Shown in pieces: positions 33,721 to 43,721 of a stretch of DNA of 64,000 nucleotides. Each line of letters starts with the position of its first letter. Positions within the stretch are counted from its first letter, which is position 1. The notes beneath the pieces were generated by a model that was given only the letters and a program-made list of their open reading frames with translations, did no database searches and was not told the origin of the DNA. Made by a program: the position numbers and the translations under genes. Origin of the DNA: an uncultured Alphaproteobacteria bacterium (GTDB taxonomy: Bacteria; Pseudomonadota; Alphaproteobacteria; Rhizobiales; Beijerinckiaceae); contig CAVSLO010000065.1 in NCBI GenBank assembly GCA_963728675.1, forward strand, positions 732 to 64,731, in the 5' to 3' direction.

Positions 33721-35205
33721 ATGAGCGCGCCTCTGCCCTGGAACGAGACCGACCGTCTCGCCGCGCTGCTGCGTTATGGAATCCTGGATACCCCGCCGGA
33801 GCCGGCCTTCGACAACATCACGCGGGTGGCTTCGCTCGTGTGCAAGGCGCCGATCGCCGTCGTCAATCTCATCGCCGACACGCGCCAGTTCTTCAAGTCG
33901 GAGATCGGTCTCGGGGTGCGCGAGACCCCGCTCGACATCTCGCTTTGCGCTCAGGCCATCCTGCAACCCGGGGTCACCGTGGTGCCCGACGCGACCAAAG
34001 ACCCGCGCTTCCACTGCAACCCGCTTGTGACCGGAGAGCCGCATCTGCGCTTCTACGCCGGAGCGAGGCTCGAAACGCCGGACGGTTTGCCGCTCGGCAC
34101 CGTATGCGTCCTCGACACCGAGGCGAGACCCGAGGGCCTGACGGACGAGCAGCGGGAGGTTCTTCTCGCCCTCGCCCAGCAGGCGATGGCGCAACTCGAA
34201 CTGAAGCGAACCGTCGATCTGTTGGGCGAAAGCGAGAAGCGCTTCCGAACCCTGGTCGAGGTCAGTCCACAGATCGTCTGGTTCGGCAGCGCCGACGGGC
34301 GCATCACCTATTGCAACCCCTATTGGCACGCCTACACCGGACTGACGCCCGAGGACACACATGGCGACGGTTGGGCGAGCGCGGTCCACCCCGACTATCG
34401 CGAGCGGGTTCTCGGCGCATGGAAGAGAGCCGTCGAGAGCGTCCAGGGCTACGAGGAGGAAATCCCCTTCCGGCGCGCCTTGGACGGCAGTTACCGTTGG
34501 TTCTTGGCCAAGGGATTGCCAATCAAGGATGACGCGGGTCGGGTCGAGCGGTGGATCGGCATCGCGCTCGACATCCATGAGCGGAAACAAGCCGAGGAGG
34601 CGCGCGAACTCCTGAGCCGCGAATTGTCGCATCGCATCAAGAACATCTTCGCCGTCGTGAGCGGGCTCGCCATTCTGAGCGCCCGCGGCCGTCCGGACGC
34701 CCAGCCCTTCGCCGGAGCGTTCCGAGAGCGTGTCCAGGCCCTGGCTCAGGCCCACGAGTACGTCCGCCCCTACAGCCCGGATTTGCCGCGCTCAGGCGAG
34801 CAAACCGTGCAGGGCCTCCTGCGCGCGCTTCTCGCGCCGTACCTGGAGGACCGCCAGGCCCGCTTCAGGGTCGAAGGCGACGACGTTCCCGTCGGCGCTT
34901 CGGCGGCGACGGCGCTGGCGCTCATCGTGCATGAGCAGGCCACCAACGCCGTCAAGTACGGCGCTCTTTCCCAGGAAGGAGGGCATGTGCATGTCTCGAC
35001 CGAACAGGTCGGTGACGAGCTGATCCTGACCTGGCGGGAACGCGGCGGACCCGCCGTCCCGGGGCCGCCGGAGCGGGAGGGGTTCGGCACGCTCATGGCG
35101 GCGCGCAGCGTCGCGGGGTCGCTCAATGGGACGATCGTGTACGATTGGGCTCCCACAGGCCTTATGGTGCGGCTTGCGATGCCTGTCGCGGCCCTCTCGC
35201 GGTAG
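33721..35205 (+). CDS. GAF-PAS-HWE histidine kinase
   Basis: GAF NPLVTGEPHLRFYAG, PAS, ELSHRIKN, HEQATNAVKYGALS, WRERGGP. Confidence 0.92.
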   Translation: MSAPLPWNETDRLAALLRYGILDTPPEPAFDNITRVASLVCKAPIAVVNLIADTRQFFKSEIGLGVRETPLDISLCAQAILQPGVTVVPDATKDPRFHCNPLVTGEPHLRFYAGARLETPDGLPLGTVCVLDTEARPEGLTDEQREVLLALAQQAMAQLELKRTVDLLGESEKRFRTLVEVSPQIVWFGSADGRITYCNPYWHAYTGLTPEDTHGDGWASAVHPDYRERVLGAWKRAVESVQGYEEEIPFRRALDGSYRWFLAKGLPIKDDAGRVERWIGIALDIHERKQAEEARELLSRELSHRIKNIFAVVSGLAILSARGRPDAQPFAGAFRERVQALAQAHEYVRPYSPDLPRSGEQTVQGLLRALLAPYLEDRQARFRVEGDDVPVGASAATALALIVHEQATNAVKYGALSQEGGHVHVSTEQVGDELILTWRERGGPAVPGPPEREGFGTLMAARSVAGSLNGTIVYDWAPTGLMVRLAMPVAALSR

Positions 35206-35371
35206 AGCCGAGTGTTTTGATGTCCCTCGCTCGATCTGGCCGATCCCGAAGCGTGAGCGCATTAAAACCGGCGGATATGAGGAGGATACTGACATCGGGA
35301 GGGCGCACTCTGGTGGAGGCTTGCCCGGCGCAAGGGCCCTTCCGCATCCCCGCTCCGCCGCCTATATCCGG

Positions 35372-35548
35372 GGCGCCGTCAACAACCGAAAGGAGGTGAT
35401 CCAGTGTCTCATTGTAAGCGCTGTCACCTCGCTGGGATCGCTCTCTAGCTCTTGAAGGAGCTTATCGCGGGCGCTCTCGGCGCCTCGACCAGCGAGACAA
35501 TGCGGGGCACGCCGGGCGCACGAACGCCCGGCGTGCCCCTTCCTTTTT
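35372..35548 (+). ncRNA. Candidate small RNA / small-ORF transcript
   Basis: CTTCCG-N17-CTATAT promoter (35339-35367), GAAAGGAGGTGATCCAG, 14-aa ORF 35404-35448, strong terminator; from memory it resembles alphaproteobacterial BjrC1505-type sRNAs (unverified). Confidence 0.6.
35504..35548 (+). terminator. Rho-independent terminator
   Basis: 15-bp perfect stem GGGGCACGCCGGGCG/CGCCCGGCGTGCCCC followed by TTCCTTTTT. Confidence 0.85.
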
Positions 35549-35690
35549 CCCGACCTTGGCCATTCGGCGTTCAATCCATGCTCTTGAGCAGCCCTCGAAT
35601 ACCCCGGTAAGCTCAGGTCCGAGCCATGACGGCGCAGCCCCGGCGTCACTCCGAACGGGGCGGAGTCCGGATCGTTCAGGGGAGGTTGCC

Positions 35691-36662
35691 ATGCTGGGCT
35701 ATGTCGTTCGCATCATCGCGTCCGTTGTCGTTCTGTCGATCTGGTCGAGGCCGGCGCTGCCGGCCGAGCCCAACTGGCCCGACGCGCTGATCATCGGCAC
35801 CGCGGCTCCCGGCGGAACCTATGCGGTCTACGGCGACGGGCTGGCGAAAATCCTGACCCGCGAACTCGGCCTTCCGGTCACGACCCGCATGACCGAGGGG
35901 CCGGCCGAGAACGTCAAACTGCTTGAGGCTGGCGACATCCAACTCGGGTTCGTGACGATGGGCGTCGCACTTCAGGCATGGAACGGCACGGGCGCGTGGA
36001 CCGGCGGGCGGCAGATGCGGACCATGCGCGCCCTCTTTCCGATGTACGAGACCGTGTTTCAGATCGCGGTCCCTCGCAGCTCGCCGATCCAGGCGGTGGC
36101 CGACCTGAACGGAAAACGCATCGGCGTCGGCCCGCAGGGCGGCACCACCAGCGTCTATGCCCCGGAGTTCTTCAAGGTGCTGAAGGTTGCGCCGACGCTC
36201 AGCAACGGCGACTGGGGCGATCTCGTCGCTCAGGTCAAGGGCCAGGGCCTGGACGCGATGCTGGTCGCAGCGGGCGTTCCGTTCCCATCGCTGCTTCAGC
36301 TCGAACCCGAGGGGGTTCGATACCTTCCGCTGAACGCGCAGCAGATCACCGATCTGCGCCTCGCCATGCCTGAGCTGGCGCCGGCCACAATCGCCGCCGG
36401 CGTCTATCCCTCGCTCGGACGGGGCTATCAGACCGTCGGGCTCTACAATTTCGCCGTGGCCCGCAGCGACCTGCCCGACAGTCTCGTTTACGCGATCGTC
36501 GACGCCGTCTTTACGCATCAGGATGAATTGATCGAGGCGCATCCGGCCGCGGCCGAGACGACGCCGGCCCGCTTCACGCGCAACACCTTCTTGCCGTTCC
36601 ACGCCGGCGCGACCCGATGGTACAGCTCTCGGGCCATGACGGGAGTGGACCGCGGGGATTGA
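35691..36662 (+). CDS. TAXI-family TRAP solute-binding protein (no adjacent permease)
   Basis: IGTAAPGGTYAVYG, TEGPAEN, DLPDSLVY, PFHAGA. Confidence 0.88.
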   Translation: MLGYVVRIIASVVVLSIWSRPALPAEPNWPDALIIGTAAPGGTYAVYGDGLAKILTRELGLPVTTRMTEGPAENVKLLEAGDIQLGFVTMGVALQAWNGTGAWTGGRQMRTMRALFPMYETVFQIAVPRSSPIQAVADLNGKRIGVGPQGGTTSVYAPEFFKVLKVAPTLSNGDWGDLVAQVKGQGLDAMLVAAGVPFPSLLQLEPEGVRYLPLNAQQITDLRLAMPELAPATIAAGVYPSLGRGYQTVGLYNFAVARSDLPDSLVYAIVDAVFTHQDELIEAHPAAAETTPARFTRNTFLPFHAGATRWYSSRAMTGVDRGD

Positions 36663-36735
36663 CCGGATCCGGCGGTCTCCGCGGAGGGGCCGCTGATCGA
36701 CATGGGGCCGCGCCTTCGACTGACGGGAGCTTCGG

Positions 36736-37770
36736 ATGACCGACATAAACCGCCGCATCGTGCTCGCGTCCCGTCCGCATGGCGAACCGCAGGCGGGCGA
36801 CTTTCGCCTGGAGACGGTTCCCGTTCCCGAGCCCGGTCCGGGGCAGGTTCTGCTGCGGACGCTCTGGCTCTCGCTCGACCCTTACATGCGCGGGCGCATG
36901 AGCGACGCGAAATCCTACGCCAAGCCGGTCGAGATCGGCGGCGTGATGACGGGCGGCACGGTGAGCGAGGTCGTGCGCTCGAACCACCCCGGTTCCGCGC
37001 CCGGCGACATCGTGCTCGGCATGGCGGGCTGGCAGGAATACGCGGTCTCGGACGGCTCGGGGCTGCGCAGGCTCGACCCGAACGCCGCGCCGGTCTCGAC
37101 GGCGCTCGGCGTGCTCGGCATGCCGGGCATGACGGCCTACACGGGCCTGCTCAACATCGGCCAGCCGAAGCCGGGCGAGACGGTCGTGGTCGCGGCGGCG
37201 GCAGGGCCGGTCGGCTCGCTCGTCGGACAGATCGCGAAACTGAAAGGATGCCGCGCCGTCGGGATCGCGGGCGGGCCGGACAAGTGCCGCTATCTCACCG
37301 ACGAACTCGGCTTCGACGCCGCGGTCGACCACCGCGCGCCGGACATGGCCGAGCGCCTGCGCGCGGCGTGCCCCGAACGGGATCGACGTCTACTTCGAGA
37401 ACGTCGGCGGCGCGGTGTGGGACGCGGTGTTCCCGCTGCTCAACGACTTCGCGCGGGTGCCGGTCTGCGGCCTCGTCGCCCACTACAACGCCACCGAGCT
37501 GCCCGCAGGCCCCGACCGGACGCCCGTGCTGATGCGGGCCGTCCTGACGAAGCGGCTGACTATGCGCGGCTTCATCGTCTGGGATTTCGCCTCGGAGGAA
37601 GGGACGTTCCTGCGCGAGGCCGGCGGTTGGCTGCGCGAGGGCTAAGATCAAGCACCGCGAGGACATCGTGGACGGGCTGGAGAACGCGCCGGCGGCCTTC
37701 ATGGGCCTCTCTGAAAGGCAAGAACTTCGGCAAGCTTCTGGTGCGGGTCGCGAAGCCGACAGCCCGGTAA
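36736..37770 (+). CDS. NADP-dependent oxidoreductase (CurA/YncB, prostaglandin-reductase type; frameshifted)
   Basis: LASRPHGEP, LSLDPYMRGRM, LGMPGMTAY, YFENVGG, GKNFGKL. Confidence 0.9.
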   Translation: MTDINRRIVLASRPHGEPQAGDFRLETVPVPEPGPGQVLLRTLWLSLDPYMRGRMSDAKSYAKPVEIGGVMTGGTVSEVVRSNHPGSAPGDIVLGMAGWQEYAVSDGSGLRRLDPNAAPVSTALGVLGMPGMTAYTGLLNIGQPKPGETVVVAAAAGPVGSLVGQIAKLKGCRAVGIAGGPDKCRYLTDELGFDAAVDHRAPDMAERLRAACPERDRRLLRERRRRGVGRGVPAAQRLRAGAGLRPRRPLQRHRAARRPRPDARADAGRPDEAADYARLHRLGFRLGGRDVPARGRRLAARGLRSSTARTSWTGWRTRRRPSWASLKGKNFGKLLVRVAKPTAR

Positions 37771-37795
37771 GATCGCCGGAGAAGACGCAGGGAAC

Positions 37796-39892
37796 ATGAG
37801 AGCAGAACAGATGGAAAACGGCTCTGCGGGCGCCATCCCGCCTAATCCTCTTCTCGGCGAATGGGCCACCCCCTTCGAGTTGCCGCCCTTCGCCGAGGTC
37901 GCGCCTGAGCATTTCCGCCCGGCCTTCGATCAGGCGCTGGCGGAGCATCGCGCCGAGATCGAAGCTATCGCCGACGATCCGGCTTCGCCGAGCTTCGCGA
38001 ACACGATCGACGCCTTTGAAAAGGCCGGGCGCGGCCTCGACCGAGTCGCGTCCGTGTTCTTCAATCTAACCGGCGCGCACACGAGTGACGCCATCCAGGC
38101 GATCGAGCGCGAGATCGCGCCGGTGCTCGCGCGGCATCGCAGCGCCATTTTTCTGAACACGGCCCTGTTTCGCCGCATCGACGATCTTTTCGTACGGCGC
38201 GAATCCTTAAGCCTCACGCCTGAGCAGGCGCGGGTTTTGGACCGCTATCACATCATCTTCGTGCGAGCCGGCGCGCGGCTCGACCCCGCCGCGAAGGAGC
38301 GCCTCGCCGCCATCACCGAACGGCTCGCCACGCTCGGCACCCGGTTCAGCCAGAACGTGCTCGCCGACGAGCGGGATTATACGCTCGTCCTCGAAACCGA
38401 GGAGGACCTCGCCGGGCTGCCGACCTTCGTGCGCGCCGCAGCGGCGCGCGCCGCCGCCGACCGGGGGCTCGAGGGCAAACACGTCATCACGCTGGCGCGC
38501 TCCTCCATCGACCCTTTCCTGCAATTCTCGGCCCGGCGCGACCTGCGCGAGCGCGCCTTCGAGGCCTGGACCAGCCGCGGCGATAACGGCGGCGAAACCG
38601 ACAACAAGGCCGTGATCGCCGAGACGATCGCGTTGCGGGCCGAACGAGCGAAGCTGCTGGGCTACCCGACCTTCGCGCACTTCCGGCTCGACGATACCAT
38701 GGCGAAGACCCCGGAAGCCGTGCGCGGCCTTCTCGATCAGGTCTGGGCGCCGGCCCGCGCCCGCGCCATGCGGGAGCGCGACGATCTTCAGGCGATGGCG
38801 GCGGCGGAGGGCGGCAACTTCGCCGTCGCGCCCTGGGATTGGCGCTACTACGCCGAGAAAGTCCGTCAGGCGAAGCACGACCTCGACGAGGCCGAGATCA
38901 AGCCGTACCTGCAGCTCGACAAGATGATCGCGGCGGCGTTCGACACCGCGCACCGGCTGTTTGGGATCACCTTCACGGAGTTGGAGGGCCTGCCGGTCTA
39001 TCATTCGGACGTGCGCGTCTGGGAGGCGCGGGACGCGAACGGCCGCCACGTCGGCCTCTTCCTCGGCGACTACTTCGCCCGACCCTCGAAGCGCAGCGGC
39101 GCGTGGATGAGCGCGTTCCGCTCCCAGGAAAAGCTCTCCGGCGACATCCGGCCGATCATCGTCAATGTCATGAATTTTTCTAAGGGCGGGGAGGGGGAGC
39201 CGTCTCTGTTGAGCTTCGACGATGCCCGCACGCTCTTCCACGAGTTCGGTCACGCGCTGCACGGCCTCTTGTCCGATGTGACCTACCCGCTGCTCTCGGG
39301 CACGAGCGTGGCGCGCGACTTCGTCGAGTTCCCCTCGCAGCTTTACGAGCATTGGCTGGAGCGCCCCGAGGTGCTCGGCCGCCATGCTGTCCACGCCAAA
39401 ACTGGCGAGCCGATGCCGACGGCGCTTTTGGAGCGGCTGCTCGCGGCGCGCACGTTCAACCAGGGTTTCGCGACGGTCGAATACACCGCCTCCGCCATCG
39501 TGGACCTCGACCTGCACCTTCTCGAACGGCCGGACGACCTCGACGTGACGGCCTTCGAGAGAACTGCGCTCGAGCGCATCGAGATGCCGGCGGAGATGGT
39601 CATGCGCCACCGCACGCCGCATTTCGCCCACATCTTCTCCGGCGACGCCTACGCGGCGGGCTACTACAGCTATCTCTGGTCCGAGGTGCTCGACGCCGAC
39701 GGTTTCGCGGCCTTTCTGGAAGCGGGGGACGCTTTCGACCCTGCAACGGCGAAGCGGCTGCATGATTATGTATACGCCGCCGGGAACCTGCGCGATCCGG
39801 CCGAAGCTTACGGAGCGTTCCGCGGCCGCATGCCGGTGATCGACGCTCTTCTGCGCAAGCGCGGGCTCCACGCGATCTCAGGCGACGCTTAA
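37796..39892 (+). CDS. dcp: M3 family peptidase (peptidyl-dipeptidase Dcp)
   Basis: HEFGHALH zinc motif, KRSGAWM, RDFVEFPSQ, YAAGYYSYLW. Confidence 0.92.
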   Translation: MRAEQMENGSAGAIPPNPLLGEWATPFELPPFAEVAPEHFRPAFDQALAEHRAEIEAIADDPASPSFANTIDAFEKAGRGLDRVASVFFNLTGAHTSDAIQAIEREIAPVLARHRSAIFLNTALFRRIDDLFVRRESLSLTPEQARVLDRYHIIFVRAGARLDPAAKERLAAITERLATLGTRFSQNVLADERDYTLVLETEEDLAGLPTFVRAAAARAAADRGLEGKHVITLARSSIDPFLQFSARRDLRERAFEAWTSRGDNGGETDNKAVIAETIALRAERAKLLGYPTFAHFRLDDTMAKTPEAVRGLLDQVWAPARARAMRERDDLQAMAAAEGGNFAVAPWDWRYYAEKVRQAKHDLDEAEIKPYLQLDKMIAAAFDTAHRLFGITFTELEGLPVYHSDVRVWEARDANGRHVGLFLGDYFARPSKRSGAWMSAFRSQEKLSGDIRPIIVNVMNFSKGGEGEPSLLSFDDARTLFHEFGHALHGLLSDVTYPLLSGTSVARDFVEFPSQLYEHWLERPEVLGRHAVHAKTGEPMPTALLERLLAARTFNQGFATVEYTASAIVDLDLHLLERPDDLDVTAFERTALERIEMPAEMVMRHRTPHFAHIFSGDAYAAGYYSYLWSEVLDADGFAAFLEAGDAFDPATAKRLHDYVYAAGNLRDPAEAYGAFRGRMPVIDALLRKRGLHAISGDA

Positions 39893-39907
39893 AGGCGGAG
39901 GCAGGCA

Positions 39908-40867
39908 ATGGGCCTGTTGGTCGATGGGGTCTGGCAGGACAGTTGGTACGACACCGCCAAGACCGGCGGGCATTTCGTCCGGCAGGAAGCGCAGTTCCGC
40001 AATTGGGTCACGCCGGACGGCTCGGCCGGCCCAAGCGGGGAGGGCGGGTTCAGGGCCGAGCCTGGCCGCTATCACCTCTATGTCTCGCTCGCCTGCCCAT
40101 GGGCGCATCGAACCCTGATCTTCCGCAAGCTGAAGGGTCTGGAGGCGATGATCTCGCTCTCGGTCGTCCACTGGCTGATGGGCGAGGAGGGCTGGACCTT
40201 CGAGCCCGGCCCCGGCGTCGTGCCGGATCCGATCAACGAGGCGAAGTACCTTTACGAGGTCTATACGGCCGCGAACCCCAACTACACGGGCCGCGTCTCC
40301 GTGCCGGTGCTGTGGGACAAGACGAACGGTGTGATCGTCAACAACGAGTCGTCCGAAATCATCCGCATGTTCAACGCCGCGTTCGACGACGTCGGCGCGA
40401 AGCCCGGCGATTGCTACCCGGCCGAACTGCGCGTGGAGATCGATGCGCTGAACGCGCGCATCTACGCCACCGTCAACAACGGGGTTTACCGCGCGGGGTT
40501 CGCGACCATCCAGCATGCCTATGAGGAGGCCGTCGGCCCGCTGTTCGAAACGCTCGACTGGCTTGAAGCGCGCCTCGGCGACCGTCCCTATCTCTGCGGC
40601 GAGCGCCTGACCGAGGCCGACTGGCGGCTGTTCACGACGCTGGTGCGCTTCGACATGGTCTATGTCGGGCACTTCAAATGCAACATCCGCCGGATCGTGG
40701 ATTACCCGAACCTGTGGGCCTACACGCGGCGGCTCTACGCTGAAGACGGCGTCGCCGCGACCGTCGACCCTTGGCACATCAAGGCGCACTACTACCAGAG
40801 CCACAAGACCATCAACCCGAGCGGGATCGTGCCGGTCGGCCCGGCGCTTGATTTCGGGACGGGGTAG
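39908..40867 (+). CDS. yqjG: Glutathionyl-hydroquinone reductase (YqjG / omega-like GST)
   Basis: MGLLVDGVW, YVSLACPWAHR, VPVLWDK..IVNNESSEI, NNGVYRAGFA. Confidence 0.92.
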   Translation: MGLLVDGVWQDSWYDTAKTGGHFVRQEAQFRNWVTPDGSAGPSGEGGFRAEPGRYHLYVSLACPWAHRTLIFRKLKGLEAMISLSVVHWLMGEEGWTFEPGPGVVPDPINEAKYLYEVYTAANPNYTGRVSVPVLWDKTNGVIVNNESSEIIRMFNAAFDDVGAKPGDCYPAELRVEIDALNARIYATVNNGVYRAGFATIQHAYEEAVGPLFETLDWLEARLGDRPYLCGERLTEADWRLFTTLVRFDMVYVGHFKCNIRRIVDYPNLWAYTRRLYAEDGVAATVDPWHIKAHYYQSHKTINPSGIVPVGPALDFGTG

Positions 40868-40915
40868 ATTCGGCTCTCGTGAGCCGACCGCTTCGCATCG
40901 GACCGGAGAGCGCCG

Positions 40916-41305
40916 ATGAGCCTATCGGATCTGCGACTGACCCGTGACGGCGTCTGCCGAACCTTCGGCCTCTCCCATGAGGCGCTCGAAGCCTTGGAGA
41001 GCCAGGGCGTCCTTACGCCGGACGCCGACCATACGTTCGACCTCGCCGGCGTGGCGGCGAGCCTTTTCCACTTCGGGCTCGGTCGGGCGGCTCAAGCCGA
41101 ACAGAAGCTCGCCGCCGTGGCGGCGGCGATCCGGGACGTTCTCCCGGCCCTGCAGCGGCTTTCCGAATTGCCGGATCGCGCCATGCTGGACGTCTGGGCG
41201 CGCGAGCGCGTGGCCGTCGAACTCTCGGCGTTCTTTGCGGCCTTCTCCGAACTGATGGCGCGCGGCTCGTCCGCGCTCGATCAACCGCCCGGTGGGGGCC
41301 ATTGA
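40916..41305 (+). CDS. Hypothetical protein with a possible N-terminal winged HTH
   Basis: GGAG RBS, host-like codons; LTRDGVCRTFGLSHEALEALESQGVL resembles MerR/Nu1-type HTH. Confidence 0.55.
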   Translation: MSLSDLRLTRDGVCRTFGLSHEALEALESQGVLTPDADHTFDLAGVAASLFHFGLGRAAQAEQKLAAVAAAIRDVLPALQRLSELPDRAMLDVWARERVAVELSAFFAAFSELMARGSSALDQPPGGGH

Positions 41306-41315
41306 GCGCCGGTGC

Positions 41316-42228
41316 TTAGGATGGACCGGCTTGCTCCGCCTGGCGCCACGTCAATGTCACGAGATGACGCATCGCGTGGCCCATCGGCAGACGGATGATC
41401 GAGGGGCGATCGAACAGTTCGCCCTCAAACCCTTCCGGATCGGCGTGGCCTGTCCACGCCTCTAGGGACAGGAACGGCGCGTCCGGCTTCGTCCACAGCG
41501 CGAAGTGCGGAATGTTCTCGACCGTCATCCCGATGGCTGCGCCGGAGGGGGCGACGAAGCGCAGCGATTGGCTATGCGCGTTGAGAAAGCAGAGCGCCTC
41601 GGTGAACATCTGCGGGTCGAGCGGCAGCCGACGACCGTCAAAGGGCACGGGCCGCGAAGTCCGTCCGATCAGGCCGTCGGCGGTGATTTCGGGAACATGG
41701 GGCCGCTCTTCGGCCTCGAACGCAACCCCATGCTTCTCCCGCGCGCCGCCGTCGAAGGGCCACGGGAACGCGGGATGGAACCCGAACGAATAGGGCATGT
41801 CGGCTGGTGTCGGTGTTCCGCACCTCGAAGCCGAACTCGAACGTGTTTTCCGTGATGACCGCGGTCACGTCGAGGACGAAGCGGAAGGGATAATGCGTCC
41901 AAGTCTCGTCGCTTTCCTTCAACTGAAGGCGCACCGAGTCCTCGGTCCTTTCCCGGATCGTGAACAGCGAGTCCCGCGCGAAGCCGTGACGCGGCATCGG
42001 GTAGTCTTGGTGGCCGACGCGGACCACGCCGCCCGCCGACGCGCCCACGACCGGGAACAGCAGCGGCGCGCGGCGCTCCCAATGCGCCGGATCGCCGCGC
42101 CAGAGCAGGTCTCGATCGCCGACCTGCCACGACTGCGGCTCGGCCCCGATCAGCGCGAGTTCGGCGTAGGCGTCCCCGCTTTGGATTCGGACGGTCTCGG
42201 ACGCCCCCGGATGTGCGTTTGCCGGCAC
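41316..42228 (-). CDS. Aldose 1-epimerase family protein (frameshifted)
   Basis: APLLFPVVG, MPRHGFAR, YPFRF, GFHPAFPWP, FLSLEAW. Confidence 0.9.
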
Positions 42229-42238
42229 GGCGGTGCCC

Positions 42239-43450
42239 TCACAAAACCGGACGCCAGAAGTCCCGCCCCTCGGAGATGAGGAACCGCGCCAGCACCATCT
42301 TGTGGACCTCGGACGCGCCGTCCACAAGCCGCGCCTGGCGGGCGTAGCGGTACATCCACTCCAGCAGCGTGTCCTTGGAGTAGCCGCGCGCGCCGTTGAG
42401 CTGAATCGCCGTGTCGACCGCCTTGTGCAGCGCGTCGGCGACCTGGATCTTGGCCATCGAGACCTCCTTGCGAGCGAAGTCGCCCTCGTCCAGAAGGCGC
42501 GCCGCCCGCATGGTCAGGAGCCGCCCGGTCTCGATGGCGAGCGCCGCCTCGCCCAGCATCCACTGCACCCCCTCGCGCTCCGACAGGCGCTCGCCGAAGC
42601 TGCGCCGATCGTGCACGTAGGCGGTGGCGATCTCGAGCGCGCGCCGCGCCATCCCGAGCCAGCGCATGCAATGGGTGAGGCGGGCCGGTCCGAGTCGGAT
42701 CTGGGTCAGCTTCAGCCCGTCGCCGACCTCCATCAGCCGGTTGCGGTCCGGGATGCGCAGGCCCTCGAACAGGAGCTCGCAGTGCCCGCCGTGCTCCTCC
42801 GGCCCCATGATCGGGATGCGCCGCAGGATGCGCCAGCCCGGATCGTCGCGGTGGAACAGGAAGGCCGAAAGACCTTTGCGCTCGTCGTCCGATGTGCGCG
42901 CGATCAGGATGAAATGCGCCGCCTCGTCCGCACCGGTGATGAACCATTTATGGCCGTCGATCACCCAGTCGTCGCCGTCGCGCCGCGCCGCGGTGCGCAT
43001 CATCGAGGGGTCGGAGCCCGAGCCCGGCGCAGGCTCGGTCATGACGAAGGCCGAGCGCACCACGCCATCGACGATGGGCTGCAGCCATTCGCGCTTCTGC
43101 GCGTCGGTGCCGACTTTTTCGAGCACCTGCATGTTGCCGTCGTCGGGCGCGGCGCAGTTGAAGGACACCGGGCCGAAGATCGAACGGCCCATCTCCTCGT
43201 AGAGCACGGCCATGCCGGGAAAAGTCTGGCCGAGGCCGCCCCGATGGCGCGGCATCTGCGGCGCCCACAGACCCGCCTGCTTCACCCCGGCCCGGACGTC
43301 CTCCAGCACGTCGAGGCGGATGTTCTCGTGCTCGTCGAAGTTCGCCCGGTCCGCCTCGATCGGCATGATGCGTTCTTCGACGAAGCTCGCCACGCGCTGG
43401 CGGAGGCTGTCGAGGCTTTCGTCTGGTTTGAGCGAGGCCGCAGCGGACAT
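42239..43450 (-). CDS. Acyl-CoA dehydrogenase
   Basis: FNCAAPDDGNM, FVMTEPAPGSGSD, GHKWFITGA, RLGPARLTHCMRW, RLVDGASEVH. Confidence 0.93.
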   Translation of the reverse strand: MSAAASLKPDESLDSLRQRVASFVEERIMPIEADRANFDEHENIRLDVLEDVRAGVKQAGLWAPQMPRHRGGLGQTFPGMAVLYEEMGRSIFGPVSFNCAAPDDGNMQVLEKVGTDAQKREWLQPIVDGVVRSAFVMTEPAPGSGSDPSMMRTAARRDGDDWVIDGHKWFITGADEAAHFILIARTSDDERKGLSAFLFHRDDPGWRILRRIPIMGPEEHGGHCELLFEGLRIPDRNRLMEVGDGLKLTQIRLGPARLTHCMRWLGMARRALEIATAYVHDRRSFGERLSEREGVQWMLGEAALAIETGRLLTMRAARLLDEGDFARKEVSMAKIQVADALHKAVDTAIQLNGARGYSKDTLLEWMYRYARQARLVDGASEVHKMVLARFLISEGRDFWRPVL

Positions 43451-43721
43451 CGTTTGTTCCTGTATCGAGGGATCGGGTGAGGGTGAGGACAAGTTGTGCA
43501 ATCAACCACACGTGCAGCGATGCTCGACGGCTGCGCGTGCATGCGCTCCAGCCCGGACACTTTAGCGGAGTCGGTCGGCTCGGCAACGCCGCCAAGTGGT
43601 TGCTCCGCCTTTGGATCGCGGACCGGAGCGTGTTGACACGCGTCGGGGCAACGTGCAGCATCCGCGTGCCCTGACGATCTCCCGTGAGAACGAACGATAA
43701 CCTACGGCAGGTGTGCAGCTT

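Noticed and set aside
35388-35404. 16S rRNA fragment on the minus strand
   Set aside because: Similarity stops after 17 nt and the motif has its own plus-strand promoter and terminator
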